Program-made: the position numbers and the translations under genes
The notes under the pieces: model-generated
What the model was told of the DNA's origin: nothing
The model's input: the letters and a program-made list of their open reading frames with translations, nothing else
The model's database searches: none
Assembly: GCA_977017645.1 (NCBI GenBank)
Contig: OZ360237.1
Span: 72,912,001-72,976,000, forward strand
Length of the DNA: 64,000 bases
DNA from: Torpedo marmorata
Taxonomy: Eukaryota
Direction: 5' to 3'
Shown: one piece after another, positions 61,178 to 64,000 of the stretch
Numbering within the stretch: position 1 is the first letter of the stretch
Layout of the letters: each line of letters begins with the position of its first letter

Positions 61178-63960
61178 TTCAGATTTCAGATTTATTGTCA
61201 GAGTACATACATGCAATCACATACAACCCTGAGATTCCCTTTTTCCTGCGGCACGGCAGAATTATCACTAATTGGTAGTGGAAAAAATAAACTGTACACA
61301 GCGTAAACATGTAAAAAAATAAAGAACTGTAAACAACCTGACTGTGCAATACAAAGAGAACAAAATGAAAATCAATAAAGTGCACAAGTAAGAGTCCTTA
61401 AATGAGTCTCTGATTGACTTTGTCATTGAGGAGTCTGATGGTGGAGGGGTAGCAGCTGTTCCTGAACCTGGTGGTGCGAGTCTTGTGGCACCTATACCTC
61501 TCTCCTGATGGCAGCAGCGAGAACAGAGCGTGTGCTGGGTGGTGTGGGTCTTTGGTGATTGCTGCTGCCCTCCGACCGCAGCGTTCCCTGTAGATGTGCT
61601 CAATAGTGGGGAGGGTTTTGCCTGTGATGTCCTGGGCTGTGTCCACTACCTTTTGGAGGGCTTTACGCTCATGGGTATTGGTGTTCCCATACCAGACCGT
61701 GATGCAGCCGGTCAGCATACTTTCCACCACACCTCTGTAGAAATTTGCCAGGGTTTCTGGTGTCATACCAAACCTCTGCAAACTCCTGAGGAAGTAGAGG
61801 CGCTGACGTGCTTTCTTCACGATGCCATTGGTGTGTTGGGTCCAGGAAAGATCCTCCGAGATAGTGACTCCCAAGAACCTAAATTTGCTCACCCTCTCCA
61901 CCTCTGATCCCTCAATGATAACTGGATTGTATACCTCTGGCTTTCCTTTCCTGAAGTCAACAATCAGCTCCTTAGTTTTGGTGACATTGAGTGCAAGGTT
62001 GTTTTTGGTGCACCATTCAGCCAGGTTTTCAATCTCCATCCTGTATTCTGACTCATCCCCATCCTTTATACAACCTACTACCATGGTATCGTCGGCAAAT
62101 TTATAGATGGTGTTATTCTCTTACCGAGCTACACAGTCGTAGGTGTAAAGTGAGTAGAGCAGGGGGCTAAGAACACAGCCCTGTTGTGTTCCGTTACTGA
62201 TGAACATTATGGAGGAGAAGTTCTTACCAATCTTCACTGATTGTGGTGTGGAGGTGAGGAAATCCATGATCCAATTACACAGTGGGGTGTTAACTCCCAG
62301 GTCTTGGAGCTTGCTGATCAGTTTTGAGGGGATGATGGTGTTAAATACCGAACTGTAGTCGATAAAGAGCATCCTGATGTACGCATTTTAGCTGTCCAGG
62401 TGTTCCATGGCTTTGTGTAGGGCCAGTGAGATGGCATCCGCCGTAGACCTGTTTCCGCGATAGGCGAACTGGAGTGGATCCATGTCACCGCTCAGACAGG
62501 AGCTGATATGCTTCATCACCAGCCTTTCAAAACACTTCATCACTGTTGATGTTAGTGCTACTGGTCGATAGTCGTTAAGGCAGGTTATTGCACTCTTCTT
62601 GGGCACCGGTATGATTGACGCCTGTTTGAAACAGGTGGGTACCACGCCCTGCTGGAGTGAGATATTGAAGATATCCATGAATACCTTGGTAAGTTGATCA
62701 ACACAGATCTTTAATACACGGCCATGTACTCCATCGGGGCCAGATGCTATCCTTGGAGTCACTCTCCTGAATGCAGCACGCACTTTATTCTCAGATATGG
62801 ACAAGGTGGGATCGCCAGGGAACGTGACGGTGCGGAGGGATGGTTCTTCGCTGTTACTGTCATCAAATCGGGCATAGAAGGCGTTGAGTTCCTCTGGGAT
62901 AGAAGCTTTGCTGTCAGCTACATTACTGGATTTGGTTTTGTAACAGGTTATGGCATTCAGACCCTGCCACAGCTGTCGGGTGTCCCTTATTGTTTCCATT
63001 TTCATCTGGAATCTCCACTTCGCCCAGGAGATAGCCTTCCAGAGGTCATACCTGCTCCTGCTGTACTGATCTGGATCTCCGGACTTAAATGCCTGCGATC
63101 TGGCTCTCAGCAGGTTCCGGATTTCACTGTTCATCCAGGGCTTCTGGTTGGGGAACACCCTGAATGGTTTGGTGGGGACACACTCAACCACAGCTGTTTT
63201 GATAAATTGTGTAACAGCCTCGGTGTACTCGTTCAGATTCTCAGCAGAGTTCTTGAACACCGCCCAATCCGCTGACTCGAGGAAGTCCTGTAACCGTTCT
63301 TCAGCTCCTGCGACCACGTCCTAGCTGTCCTGACCTCCTGAGCCTCTCTCTTTAGGCTCTGTCTGTACGAAGGCATAAGGAGCACAGCCAGGTGATCAGA
63401 CTTGCCAAAGTGCGGTCTCGGGAAAGAACGGTAGGCCTTCCTTATCTTCGTGTAGCAGTGATCAAGTGTGCTGGGACCTCTGGTACAGCAGGTTACATGC
63501 TGGTGGTAGTTAGGCAGGGTTTTCTTGACACAGGCCTGATTAAAGTTGCCAACTAAGATTTGTAGTGCGTCGGGCTGGGCCGTCTCTTGTTTACTGACCA
63601 CATCACGCAGCTCCGCGAGTGCCTGCTTGTAATCGGCATCGGGAGGGATGTAAACTCCAGTGAGAATCACAGATGAGAACTCATGGGGTAGATAGAAGGG
63701 TCTGCATTTAATCGAGATTTGCTCTAAAGCAGTAGAGCAGGAGGTCGACATAACTCCAATGTCCGTGCACCACCTTGTATTAACGAAAAAGCACACACCG
63801 CCTCCTCTCCCTTTTCCAGAATCCAAGTTCCGATCCAGTCTAAGGATGGTGAAACCGTCTGGTCAGATAGCGGTGTCTGGTGTGTTCTCTGTTAGCCAGG
63901 ACTCGGTGCAGCAAACAACTTAGATTTGTCTTACTTGTCTCTGGTAGAGTAGCCTTGCCC
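61178..63960 (-). mobile_element. Rex1/Babar family B, near full length (APE plus RT, disrupted)
   Basis: ORFs 63233-63826 (GGGV..LDHCY..SDH), 62388-63317, 62121-62372 and 61398-62084. (TCTGAAA)n tail. Confidence 0.96.
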
Positions 63961-64000
63961 TCATTAGATACATTAGGTCCACTGAATTAGATACATTAGA

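Overview
Eukaryotic DNA made up largely of interspersed repeats, with no intact host gene, RNA gene, CRISPR array or prokaryotic operon that I can recognise. The repeat mix (Rex1/Babar, CR1 and L1 LINEs, HE1-like V-SINEs, GIY-YIG Penelope-like elements) suggests a cartilaginous fish, probably an intron or intergenic region; that is inference. Every long ORF I can identify comes from a transposon; most of the short ORFs are shadow frames or chance. The window resolves into deeply nested insertions, many with readable target-site duplications (TSDs). It holds two Rex1/Babar families (one full-length copy), a young L1 ORF2 with a single stop, Penelope-like elements (PLEs) carrying a variant minimal hammerhead ribozyme, a Helitron deletion derivative, and hAT, Tigger, Tc2-like and Harbinger-like MITEs. 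The most unusual observations are: (1) an ORF-less, tRNA-less family of 0.8-0.9 kb GC-rich retroelements with a Rex-like ATGGCG head and Rex-like tail; (2) a 177-bp hairpin made of hAT-type termini wrapped around two inverted SINE tails; (3) a fold-back PLE with a 16-bp TSD; (4) two templated insertions, each copied from about 2.0-2.1 kb downstream; (5) a probable Tc1/mariner excision footprint. All family names come from motif recognition by eye, not database searches, and boundaries of old repeats are approximate.
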